Below, piece by piece: positions 45,369-56,515 of a DNA stretch of 64,000 nucleotides. Source of the DNA: Chrysemys picta bellii (lineage: Eukaryota). The stretch is taken from assembly GCF_011386835.1 (NCBI RefSeq), contig NC_088802.1, forward strand, positions 2,046,001 to 2,110,000, read 5' to 3'. The position numbers and the translations under genes are program-made. Position 1 is the stretch's first letter; each line of letters opens with the position of its first letter. The notes under the pieces were generated by a model. It was given only the letters and a program-made list of their open reading frames with translations, ran no database searches and had not been told where the DNA came from.

Positions 45369-48300
45369 TCAGTGTCGCTGGGCGTGGTTGGACGTGTGTT
45401 CCCTGCGTCCTGGGGTCTGGACTGTAATCTCTGCGTAGTGCAGGCTCTCGCTCTCCACGGCCTCCCGGCTGCCCTGGCCCTGTGTTGGACAGACACACAA
45501 TGAGGACGCCGTCACTCCAGATCTGGTCTCCTAATTCTGGCCAATTAAGGCAACTCCCAGGGAGCAAATCCCACAGTGTTACCCCAGATTGGAGGGGTTG
45601 GGAACCAGGACTCCTGGGTTCTCTCCCCAGCTCTGGGAGGGAAGTGGGGGCTGGGAGCCAGGATTCCTGGGTTCTATCCCCAGCTCTGGGAAGAGAGTGG
45701 GGTTTGGTGAGGGCTGGGAGCCAGGACTCCTGGATTCTCTTTCCTCACTGTATTGTACCAGTCTTTATTGGCACCCAGAGACCAGACCCAAGCACTGGCT
45801 GGAACAGGGCCCCGCCTGCATTTTCTCACCTTCAGCTGCCGCCGGCGGGGCTGCGAGTGGGGCGGCACTGCGGAAAAAGGGAGAAGGAAGGAATATTAAA
45901 ACAGAGGAGTGAGAGAGAGAGTGTGGGGTGAAGAGGGAAGCTGCAGAGATCTAGGGACGGGGGAAGAAGGATGTGGGGGGAGATGGATATATGGACAGAC
46001 AGCCCAGCATGGACCACAGCGGACAGTCGGCCGCTTGGGTGTGTTCAGTAGCAGAGGCCCTGGCCCATGGGGCAGGAGGTTAGCGGGGGGAAGGCTCCGG
46101 TTTGGTACCTTGGCATCTCTTCAGGAGGAGGGTGGCCGCCAGACCAATGATGAGAAGAAGCCCCAGGGCGATGGCGACCTGGTACAGGAGCTCCCAGGAG
46201 CAGCTCCCTGAGGGGGCTGGTACTTTATCTGGGCGATGGAGAGGAGTGTTAGGGGATTCACAGCCCCTTGAGCCAGCCAGTCCCCTGCTCTGGGGCCAGA
46301 GAGGGGGAAGGCACCGTGCCCCCATTCCCCACCTCACCTGTGTCACTCTGGTTTCTCCCCATCACCTGCAGCTCGGTGCCTGCTCCTGTCCCACTCTCTC
46401 CCCGGTGGATGCTGATCTGACACTGATAGAGACCAGAGTCCCGCTGCTCCAGCTCCGACAGGGTCAGCGTGGCCTCCCCTTTCCGGAGCAGATCCAGGTG
46501 GGACACATTGAGCCGCCCGCTGTAGAAGGGATGGGCAGAATCCAGTTCGACTCTATCTCCAGGCGCTCTGGTCCAGGTCGCTTTGGCTATGCTGCCCAGT
46601 CTGTTCTCGAAGGAGCAGTTGAATGTCGCGGTCTCGCCAGGGGACGCTCGGAGGACAGCGGGGCTCTGAAGGACTGTGAGACCTTCATGAACCAGGGCAA
46701 TAAATATTATAGCAGCGAAGGAAAACTACGACAAGTGGTATCGAGACATGACCCAGCCGCCCGAAACCTTAGCAGAGATAAGAAGCTAAGGGGAAAGAAT
46801 TGTGTGTTCCTGTCCACCTTGCTACTGCTCACAACACTGTCGATAACACACTGCACAGGGCTTTCACTTCCTCTTCCAACAGATACCCCACATCAGCACT
46901 GCTATGTGCACGGCAGATGCTCACAGAGACGTTAGACGTAAAATCACTCAGGACAGTTACGTCCAAGGCAGACTGCACAGAGTTTCAAAGGGATCTCACT
47001 AGACTGGGTGACAAAATGGCAGATGAAACTCAAAGGTGATCAATGCAAAGTCAGGCCCACTGGGAAACATAATCCCAACTACACATATAAAATGATGGGG
47101 TCTAACTTAGCTGTTACATCTCAAAGAGATCATGGATAGTTCTTTGAAAACATCCACTCAATGTGCAGCAGCAGACAAAAATCGAACAGGATGGTAGGAA
47201 CCATTAGGAAAGGAAAAGATAATAAAATGGAAAATATGATAATGCCACTAAATAAATCCAGGGTACGCCCACACCTTGAATAGTACGTGCCGTTCTGGTC
47301 ACCCCATCTCAAAAAAAGATACATTAGAATTGGAAAAGGTACGGAAAAAGGGAAAAAAATGATTAGGGGCATGGAACAGCTTCCATATGAGGAGAGACTG
47401 AAACACCGGGACTGATCAGCTTAAAAAAGAGACGAGTAGCAGGGGGGGGGGGGGCGGAATATGATATAGGTCTATAAAGAATGGTGTGGAGAAAATGACA
47501 AGGGAAGTATTAACTACCACTTCACATAACACAAGAACCACGGGTCACCCGATTAAATTAACAGGCAGCAGGTTTAAAACAAGCAAAAAGAAGTACTTCT
47601 TCACACAACACACAGTCAACCTGTGAAACTCACTGCCAGGGGATGTTGTGAAGGCCAAAAGTATAACTGAGCTCAAAAAGGAATTAGATAAGTTCCTGGA
47701 GGATAGATCCATCAATGGCCAAGATGGTCAGGGATGGAACCCCATGCTCTGGGTGTCTCTAAACCTCTGACTGGCAGAAGCAGGGACTGGACGACAGGGA
47801 TGGATCACTTGATGATTGCCCTGTTCTGTTCATTCCCTCTGAAGCACCTGGCACTGGCCACTGTCAGAGACGGGATACTGGGCTAGATGGACTAGGCTAG
47901 ATGGACCAGTATGGCCATTTTTATGTTCTTGCAGGAGGATTGCGAGTCACACACCTTCATTTCCTAGAATTCAGAATCCTAAGACACAAACCCCCCAAAA
48001 CTGAGAGAGAGAAAAGAGACTGCTCCCTAAGGCAGAGAGGAACAACTCACCCCACATTAGTTTAGGATGGGTCTCTGCAGACTGACTCTGATCACATGGA
48101 GACCCCTCGGCTGCAGGCAGTTTTAAGTAAACCATAAACACATGCCTCGACTTTATACAATTTGTGCTCCAAGCTACAGTGGGTGGAAATGTTTTCCAAT
48201 GGAACGTTTGTCCCTTGCAAAATGCTGTTTCATTGAGATGACGACAACTTGTTTAGCAATGGGGTGGGTGGCATGAAAAAGCATTTTGATAGGGTTGAAA

Positions 48301-50131
48301 GGGAATTGTTTGATTTTTCAATTTCCAAATTTATTTGCTGTTATATTATTAAAAAAGAGTCAAAATTGAAATGAAAAAATAGAATATGTCTGGTTGACCT
48401 GAAATGACATATCCGTATCTTTCCATCCATACATGCACTGATCCTCCACCCCTGCATCCACTGCTATCTATCCATCCCTAGTTCTCTATCTATAGATAGA
48501 CAGGATCTTGGCTGGACGGTAGCTAGCTAGATACAGATGCCCAGGGATGGAGTATGGATGGATAGATATTAATTTAGGGGTGGTGTGGATGGGTACATAG
48601 ATAGAAATATAGATAAGAAGGATCTGGGGGGGGATGAATGGCTGGATGGACAGATAGAGATGGATATAGGAATGGAATAGATAGATGGAAGAACAGATGG
48701 GGGTGGATCTAGAGGTGGAGGATGGATGACAGATAGAGAAGCATCTAGGGATGGGGTAGATTGTTGCCTGATTTTAGAGGATGGTATATTATTGTAGACT
48801 CGCCAATTGATCTGACCAGAAGATAACGAGGTTCTTGTCCCAGAATGAGGCCACCCAGAATTAAATGCCGTGAGTTCAATATCTTGTAAGGACCTTCGAG
48901 GCGGATGACAAGGACACGCAGGCTGAGGAGAAAATGCAGCCATAGAGACTTATTAAAATAAGTGAAAAAGCTTCCAAAGCGTCACAAGGGAATAACACAG
49001 CTCTGGGGGGACCTGTCTCATCAGCCTTTACCAAAGCTTCCTAGATTAGCACCCTCACACGGGCACCTGGTGATAAGAGACAACGGACCAGCCTGTCCCT
49101 GGCCTGCCAAATGGGTCCGACGATGCTCGAGACTGAGGGTGAATAATAGAACTGAAGGGTCAGATGCTGAGTAGTGAAGTTGACAATAGACAGTGGAGAA
49201 ACTCAAAAGCTGAAGAAGACGAAGCTGCCTGCACATGGCGGGTTGCCCTCCTATAGGATCTCAGCAATATCTTGAATATTCATGCTAGTACCCAACCTTC
49301 TGTGCCCAAATCGAACTTCCTCACCCACATAATACTGGGGTGCACTTATTCTATAGGCTAGTGTAGTCACACATGTTAATGCCAATTGGCTCATTCTCAA
49401 ACCTGTTATTTCTTTCCCAATCTGGTTTCCGGTCGTTTCTTCCACATTCCTGCCGTGTCCTGCGTGGAGTCCCAAGTTTCTTAGATAAACATGTCTAGTT
49501 CCCCAAAATCTAAAAGGGTATCGGTTAGGCCATATATCTGAGCCTAAGTTCACCAGCCCCCTTAACCATACAGGTGCTCACTTGCTAAAGCTAAACATAC
49601 AGGATACAGGCCTGTATGACCCGTTACAGCCAAACATAATAACATAAACCAATGCAAACGTACAAGGCAAATATACCAAAGCAAACCAATAAATAAATGC
49701 AGAAAATAATAAAGCAAGCCAGCAGGTTAGCCCTCTGGCCTACAAGGTAGACAGACAGAGATGAATCTAGGGGTGGGGTAGGTGGACAGAAGGACAGACA
49801 GAGATGGATCTAGGGATGGGGTAGGTGGACAGAAGGACAGACAGAGATGGATCTAGGCGTGGGGCAGATGGACAGAAGGACAGACAGAGATGGATCTAGG
49901 CGTGGGGCAGATGGACAGAAGGACAGACAGAGATGGATCTAGGCGTGGGGCAGATGGACAGAAGGACAGACAGAGATGGATCTAGGGGTGGGGCAGATGA
50001 ACAGAAGGACAGAGCTGGATCTAGAGATGGGGTAGGTGGCTGGATGAACACGTTAAATTAGTACCTGCTGCCCAGGTGGGGATGAAGAGGAGGATGCAGA
50101 GGACGGGGCTCAGGGCTGGCAGCTGCTCCAT
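45369..50131 (-). CDS. NKp30/NCR3-like single Ig V-domain receptor with ITIM tail, 5 exons, 219 aa
   Basis: Leader 50131-50065; V exon 46682-46338 (TATFNCSF...ATW...YSGRL...ATLTLSELEQRDSGLYQCQI...GTGAGTELQV); TM 46207-46109; cytoplasmic exons 45867-45830 and 45479-45369 (SLHYAEI). Total 660 nt in frame with canonical splice sites. The V domain has the NKp30-type J-like GxG motif. Confidence 0.85.
46900..47935 (+). mobile_element. CR1 LINE 3' portion within intron 1 of the NCR3-like gene
   Basis: Typical CR1 RT-tail sequence (GCAGTTCTGGTC-like region, AACAGTCAACCTGTG, GGATAGATCCATCAATGGC) ending TTATGTTCTT. Confidence 0.85.
49750..50030. repeat. About 43-46 bp tandem repeat GACAGACAGAGATGGATCTAGGCGTGGGGCAGATGGACAGAAG
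   Basis: About 6 copies visible. Confidence 0.85.
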
Positions 50132-51969
50132 GGTCCCCGCTCTCTGGGCGGCTCCGTGGGTCCAGCTCAGCTCAGCTTCAGAATCCCCCAGAAGCATCAG
50201 CCCCAGGGGGCGGTGGAAAGTTTTGTGGTCAGCGACTCTGAGATGGCTGCAGCGAGAGGCGGGGAACAAGGGCCGGATGTGTGTGTGTGTGTGTTTGAGC
50301 ATGTGCTGTTCAATGTGTGAGGGACAGGCTGGTGTGTGTGTGTGTGTATGTGTGTGTGTATGTGTGTGTGTGTGTGCATGCATCCCACTGCCCCCTAGAA
50401 TCAGCCGCATTCCTCTGTGTCTCCTAGCCCCTGTACTGCGTGTGACTGAGGAGGATTCCCCTTACTTAGACGGGGGCAGTTGGGGTGTTTAGAGCTGGGG
50501 CATCTGGTCTGATGCCCCGCCCGGCTGCCCTGGTGCAGGGGGCAGCACAGCAGCAGCTGGCATCTCCTGGAGCATCCTGGCTTGGTGGTGGTTCCCAGGA
50601 GCAGCTCCCCGGCCAGGGCTGCGTCCTACACACTGGGCCACAAATCCCTGCTCTGCTCTCAAACCAGGGGGGCCGACGGGCGTGAATTCCCACCCTGGGT
50701 CGGCGATCCGGCCCTGTCAACTTTCCATGTCTTTTTCATCGTCTCTGTCACGAGACATTTCTAACCAGACATTGTCCTTAGCACCACGACCTTGAATGGT
50801 TGGCCAACAGCTACACCACACTGCTGGCTAGCGATATTCGGAGGAGCTGTCATGTTGCAGGTAGTTGTGATGGGGATTTGGGGTAATTTGGAGTCATTTT
50901 CCGTCCAAAACGACCCCGCCAAATTGTACGTGTGGCTGCGGGTGGGTAAAATCTTCCCCGTCAGCAGCTGCATTTCAGTCACCGCCCCCGGAGCCGCCCC
51001 CCATCTCCCTTTACCTCCGGGAAGTCATATTTTCTTGGATGACTTATCTCCGCTGGCTGAGACATGCCAACGTGCCATCGCTTCCATCCACCACCGCGCC
51101 AATCACCCCCGTTCAGGTGGCCAATTTTGGTTGGACGTATTCCTGGAGATTCCATCCCATGACATAGCCCTTAATTAAAGATTAACCCTGAATTGCTGGA
51201 GCCTCCAGGACAATGGTGGAAGATTGGCAACCCTAGGCCTCAGATGACAGCCTGGTTGTGGACAGGGGTGGGCGGAGAATGGATGGCGCCTAGCGACTCA
51301 GAGTGAAGGTGTCCAGTGGTAGGTGGGCTCCCGGGAAGGGATCTGAGAGTGGAGGAGCATATGGGGCGGTTGTGTTGAGGGGCTTTTGTGGGGTGTTGTT
51401 TTGTCCACTGACCCTGGTCGTTTCACGACCTGCTTTGGGTGTTAAATTTGACAAGGGGTGCTTGTGAATCTATCTGCAGCTGTGGGGAGAGAGTGAGGAG
51501 AGGTGGAACTGGCGGGGAGGGCTGGGTGTCAGGACTCCTGGGTTCTATCATAGGTCTGGTTAAGTGTGGTCTAGCAGAAAAAGACTCCCAGCCCCCCTGA
51601 CTCTAACCCACTAGTCCCCACTGCCCTCCCAGAGCTGGGAGAGAACCCAGGAGTCCAGACCCTTTGCAGTCCTTCAGTTCAGGTCTGTGCACAGCCTGGC
51701 ACGACAGGCGCCCATGGGGGTGATCCATTTGTTATGGTACTTTCTGCAGTTTCTGTGGTGGGCTGAACGTCACCTTCACCCCTGCGCGTCGTGGTGAGAA
51801 ACAGGAAATTCAGCATCTTGCACGGCTGCAGATTTTGCAAAGGTGGCAGGGGGCTGGGGAGGGGGTGAGTTACAATCAGCTACAGAAGTATCGGAGTCGG
51901 GGGCACATACGATACATAAATAAGTGACCACGGTTTCCGTCCTGTGAGCCGGAGTCGATCTCCAGGCGC

Positions 51970-52220
51970 TCAGCTTGCACTGCCAAAAATGCTTCTAGGT
52001 CTCACAGGATTCGAGCCTGCAGGGGAAGCTAACGTAAATTGTGGTGAATCAAAATTCTAGTGAAACCCTCCAGGGCCACTGGGTTATGGCCCCATCCCGG
52101 AGCCATTCACCTTTCTTATTCCTCAGGCAGACGAGCAATCCCAGGACCACGAAGACCAACCCCAGCACGGAGCCCCCAACCTCAGCCACCATCTTGCCCT
52201 GGGAGAGTCAGTCTGTGCTT
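51970..52220 (-). pseudogene. MHC class II beta chain relic: TM exon (52220-52111, 1-bp deletion) and a candidate terminal exon (52016-51970)
   Basis: A 110-nt exon between TTTTCACAG and GTGAAT reads EAQTDS..[shift]..KMVAEVGGSVLGLVFVVLGLLVCLRNKK(G). This matches class II beta exon 4 (AQSDSA.SKMLTGVGGFVLGL), normally 111 nt. No beta1 or beta2 exon was found nearby. Confidence 0.8.
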
Positions 52221-54722
52221 CTGTGAAAACAAGAGCACGGGTGGTTCGGGCTCAGCCCAGCTTCTCCTTTGTCACGTCCCCGCTCTCCTCCCCCGGAACT
52301 GTTAACTTTCTATAGCACTTTATGCTCTAAAAGAAGTTGGTGCCTAACTCCCTTAGGCTACCACTTTTTCACAGAGGCTTACAAACATGCTTTATTTGCT
52401 TATGTTGACTGAACTGTAAAACCCAGCTCAGCCCTTTGGCCCCCACACCAGTCAGCTGTCTCCTGGGACAAGGGACCAGGCTGGATCAGAGGGGCTGGAA
52501 CAATTTTTATAGTGGGGTGCTGAGAGTCAGTGACCCAATCTGTAAACAGAGGATGGAAACCACTTCAAGCCAGGGGGTGCGCACTTCAGCACCATGGGCT
52601 GGAATGGTGGTGGTGGAGGGTCTGGCTGGAGTCAGGGGACAAAGAGACTTGGCTGGGGCGGCGCATGACTACCATGATGGGGTGAGAGGCTGAAGATCCT
52701 CACTGGAGTGAGAGAAGATAGGAGCCCAAATGATTGGCCAACAGTATACGATTCACATCAAATAGAATAAAAAATAGAAAAAAGAATATGTTTATAAAAA
52801 GTGCAAAATAAATTTAAAATAGTAATAATGAATAAAATACACAAATATTAACAGACTTAAAAAAAGTAAAATAATAAAAACTGAAAAATAAAAGAATTGT
52901 AAAATACATAAAAACCATAAAAGGGGAAATAAAATTAAAAGAAACTTAATATATATATATATAAACAACAATAAAATCAAAAAGGAAATACAAGTAAAAT
53001 ATATTAAAAAGGTAAAAATATAACTATTAAGAAAAAACACACACACAAAAGAAAAAAGAAGTACAATTGTAAAACCGAGGGCGAGAGTCCATGGGGCTTG
53101 TGCTCCTATATCATAGGTGAGGAGCTCTGGTGTGTGCCCCCGTGTCCCCCTCTCTGCCCCCGTGTGGACAGGGCTAGACAGCAGTCTCACTCCGGCCATG
53201 CGGCCACCCCAGCCTGGGAGTGAGGGGCGGCGCCCTCCCGGGCTTCCGGACCCACAGACAAAGCCCGGGGGGAACCACTCCCATTTATACTTGCTGGACA
53301 CAAGGCTTTTGCTCGTGTTGTACAGGAGGCTAAGCGACCCCCCTGTTATACACTGAGCAATGAGGGCTCCCTCCGTGTGGGGCAGAGGCGAGACCCTGCG
53401 CTCCAGGGACGAGGTAGCTGGTGGACAGACCCCGCCAGAGCGGGGAATGTCGGCAGGCGCCGCTCTGCCTTGGACGGAGTCATCTCCACTTGAGCAAGCG
53501 AGACTCCCCGCAACCTCCAGGCACCTCTTCCGTCAGTGGACGGTGACCCTGACTCCGAGAGAGACCCCCGGGAGAGCGAGAGATAGACTGGGCCCCCTGG
53601 GGCGAGATTCAGCCCAGCCGCAGCGGGGTACACAAGGTAGTAGGTGGAGAGGGGAAGGAGAGAGAGAGCCAGGCTGGAGGCCTCCGGGCTCTGCTCCCCT
53701 CTCTGCACCAGCCTGAGTCCCCCCACTCAGGGCTTTTCCCAGCATGTACCCAGCTCACATAACCTTGTGTCATGGGTCCGGGCCAAGCCTTCGGAATGAG
53801 GGGAGAGAAAAGGGCAACACTGCCTCTGCCCGGGCTGTGCAGGGAATCACCCCGCCCTTCTGGAACTACCTCTGGGGACCCAGCTGGGATTGTAGCTCAT
53901 TGAGACTTCCAGAGCCTGGCCCCATTGCGGTCACTCCATGAGGTAGAACAGAAACACCTGCCTTTCAAATTCAACTGTATCTAGGGTGACCCCACCTGTA
54001 TTTCAAGTTCCGTAATAGAGGACACTGCTGCGGGGGGAGGGGGTATTTTGGGGTGCTGGAGGGGGGTGTGGGTACTGGGAGATGGTATTTGGGAGGTGCT
54101 GGACAGAGTATTTGGGGTGTGTAAGAGCAGGGGTGCCTCTCGGGACCGGGGGACCTCCCGCAGGGCGACCGGCAGACAGCACCCCAGGCAGGCGCTTGCT
54201 GCGCTGGTGCCTGGAGCCGCCCCTGGTTGTCCCCCATAATGTCCATTCTTCTCCCCCCCACACCCCACGGAGCACTCCCCTTTTCTCCCCCCCCAAGGAG
54301 CACCCTGCTCTCTCTCTCCCCTCCCCTCCGGCAGGGCTGGGTTGGGTGAGGGGTTGGGGGGAGGGGGAGGCTGGCTGGCTGCCTGCTGAGGAATGAAAGT
54401 GAAAGTAACTCACTTCCTCGGCAGCCAGCCAGGATTGGAATGGTCAGAGCCTTGTGTCCAGCAAGTATAAATGGGACTGGTTCCCCCCGGGCTTTGTCTG
54501 TGGGTCCGGAAGCGTGGTGCCCTAGGCGGTTGCCTGTTCTGCCTATGGCTAAGGACGGCCCTGTATGCGGTGGACCCTTCAATACAATACGATCTCTTTT
54601 CTTTATACCTAGGTACTTCCAAGAGGCTGGGTCATTACTCACAACTCTTTTTCGTCATTCCCATCTACAGCAGCAGGACTAGTTGACTGTACCAGTTTGT
54701 CAGTTATAGCCGTGTTACCACT

Positions 54723-55985
54723 GGTTTCAGAGGAGCAGCCGTGTTAGTCTGTATCCGCAAAAAGAAGAACAGGAGTACTTGTGGCACCTTAGAGACTAAC
54801 ACATTTATTAGAGCATAAGCTTTCGTGGGCTACTGCCCTCTTCTTCGGATGCATATAGAGTGGAACATATATTGAGGAGATAGATATACACACATACAGA
54901 GAGCATAAACAGGTGGGAGTTGTCTTTTTAGTGTTACCGCTGTGTTCTCCAGTGTTTAGCCAAAGAGGCTGGATTTCCTTCTTTTCCTCCGCAACAACCA
55001 TAACATTGTTTTCTCAATCTGGTAATATTTTGGATTCCTCACACACCGCCTTTTCTTTTCTTGGATTGTGCCTGGAGACATTTGTGAAAAGTTATTTTTC
55101 CCTTTTCTTCCTGTGTCTGTCAAACTTTCTTCTGCTTTCTCTTCTCAACTCCTGAAAGATATGTACGTTTCATTTCTCTAACCCCTGTGATCATTGACTA
55201 TGTGATGATACCTGCAAACAAATTAATTCCCTTGGTATCTTTCATTTTGTTAGGTAGCGTGATCCGCTTGTGTGGATTAATCTAGGCTGAGGTTGATGGT
55301 GGGATGGAAATTATTGAAATCATGGTGGAATTCCTCAAGGGCTTCTTTTCCATGGGTCCAGATGATGAAGATGTCATCAATGTAGCGCAAGTAGAGTAGG
55401 GGCGTTAGGGGACGAGAGCTAAGGAAGCGTTGTTCTAAGTCAGCCATAAAAATGTTGGCATACTGTGGGGCCATTCGGGTACCCATAGCAGTGCCGCTGA
55501 CTTGAAGGTATATATTGTCCCCAAATGTGAAATAGTTGTGGGTGAGGACAAAGTCACAAAGTTCAGCCACCAGGTTAGCTGTGACATTATTGGGGATACT
55601 GTTCCTGATAGCTTGTAGTCCATCTTTGTGTGGACTATTGGTGTAGAGGGCTTCTACGTCCATAGTGGCCAGGATGGTGTTTTCTGGAAGATCACCGATG
55701 GATTGTAGTTTCCTCAGGAAGTCAGTGGTGTCTCGAAGATAGCTGGGAGTGCTGGTAGCGTAGGGGCTGAGGAGAGAGTCCACATAACCAGACAAGCCTG
55801 ATGTTAGGGTGCCAATGCCTGAGATGATGGGGCGTCCAGGATTTCCAGGTTTATGGATCTTGGGTAGCAAATAGAATACCCCTGGTCGGGGTTCTAGGCA
55901 TGTGTCTGTACAGATTTGTTCCTGTGCTTTGTCAGGGAGTTTTTTTAGCAGATGGTGTAGTTTCTTTAGGTAATCCTCAGGTTAT
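54723..55985 (-). mobile_element. Penelope-like retroelement fragments (terminal piece 54723-54925; RT 55250-55985)
   Basis: The ORF PKIHKPGNPGRPIISG...TMDVEALYTN...GTAMGTRMAPQYANIFM...YLRYIDDIFIIW is a Penelope-type RT; the characteristic GTGGCACCTTAGAGACTAAC terminus is present. Confidence 0.9.
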
Positions 55986-56515
55986 GATCTACTGAATCTA
56001 TTAATCCTATCTGTATGCATGTCTCATTTTTGTATTCGAAGTTATAAATATTGGCTGTGTACTGGCTTGATTTCTAAATAACCTTAGTAGAGCATTTGGT
56101 CAGTTCCTAGAGAAAGGGATGTTGAAGTTAAGGACCTAATCAAGAGACACCTAAAGAACAATGAATCTTGGAAAGCTGCAATTCACATAAGAAGTCTACT
56201 TGAGGACGTTTAAGGTAGCATATAAACAATGGATGCCTCAGACATTCTCTTGGGGGCCCCTGCGGAGCCTGGGGCAAATTGCCCCACTTGCCCCCTCCCT
56301 CTGGGCGGCCCTGCCCAGCGATCCCACAGCGTCCCCAAGTGTCCAACGTGCCCCGAATGTCCCAGAGTGAGGAGAATCCCACTCCCCACCCTGGGCCCCG
56401 ATCTCCCAGCGATTTGATCCAGACCGGCCCTCACGGAACCGGGCACAGATCCAGCCCCAAGGTCCGTGTCCCCAGGAGAGGGGCTGATCCCCACGCCTGG
56501 GCCGGTGCCACCCCC

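Noticed and set aside
46630-46650. Suspected frameshift at the start of the NCR3-like V exon
   Set aside because: The plus-strand ORF translation (LARGRSED) confirms four G residues; the exon is 345 nt and in frame.
50761-51178. Overlapping 73 aa and 128 aa ORFs upstream of the NCR3-like gene
   Set aside because: No recognisable domain; the 3' part is a MITE-like repeat also present near 7.24 kb.
51990-52095. tRNA-Ser-like B box (GGATTCGAGCC) suggesting a tRNA gene
   Set aside because: No cloverleaf or acceptor stem; it is better explained as the intron acceptor and terminal exon of the class II beta relic.
52792-53301. Hydrophobic F/I/L-rich ORF resembling a membrane protein
   Set aside because: It is a translation of an A-rich low-complexity tract.
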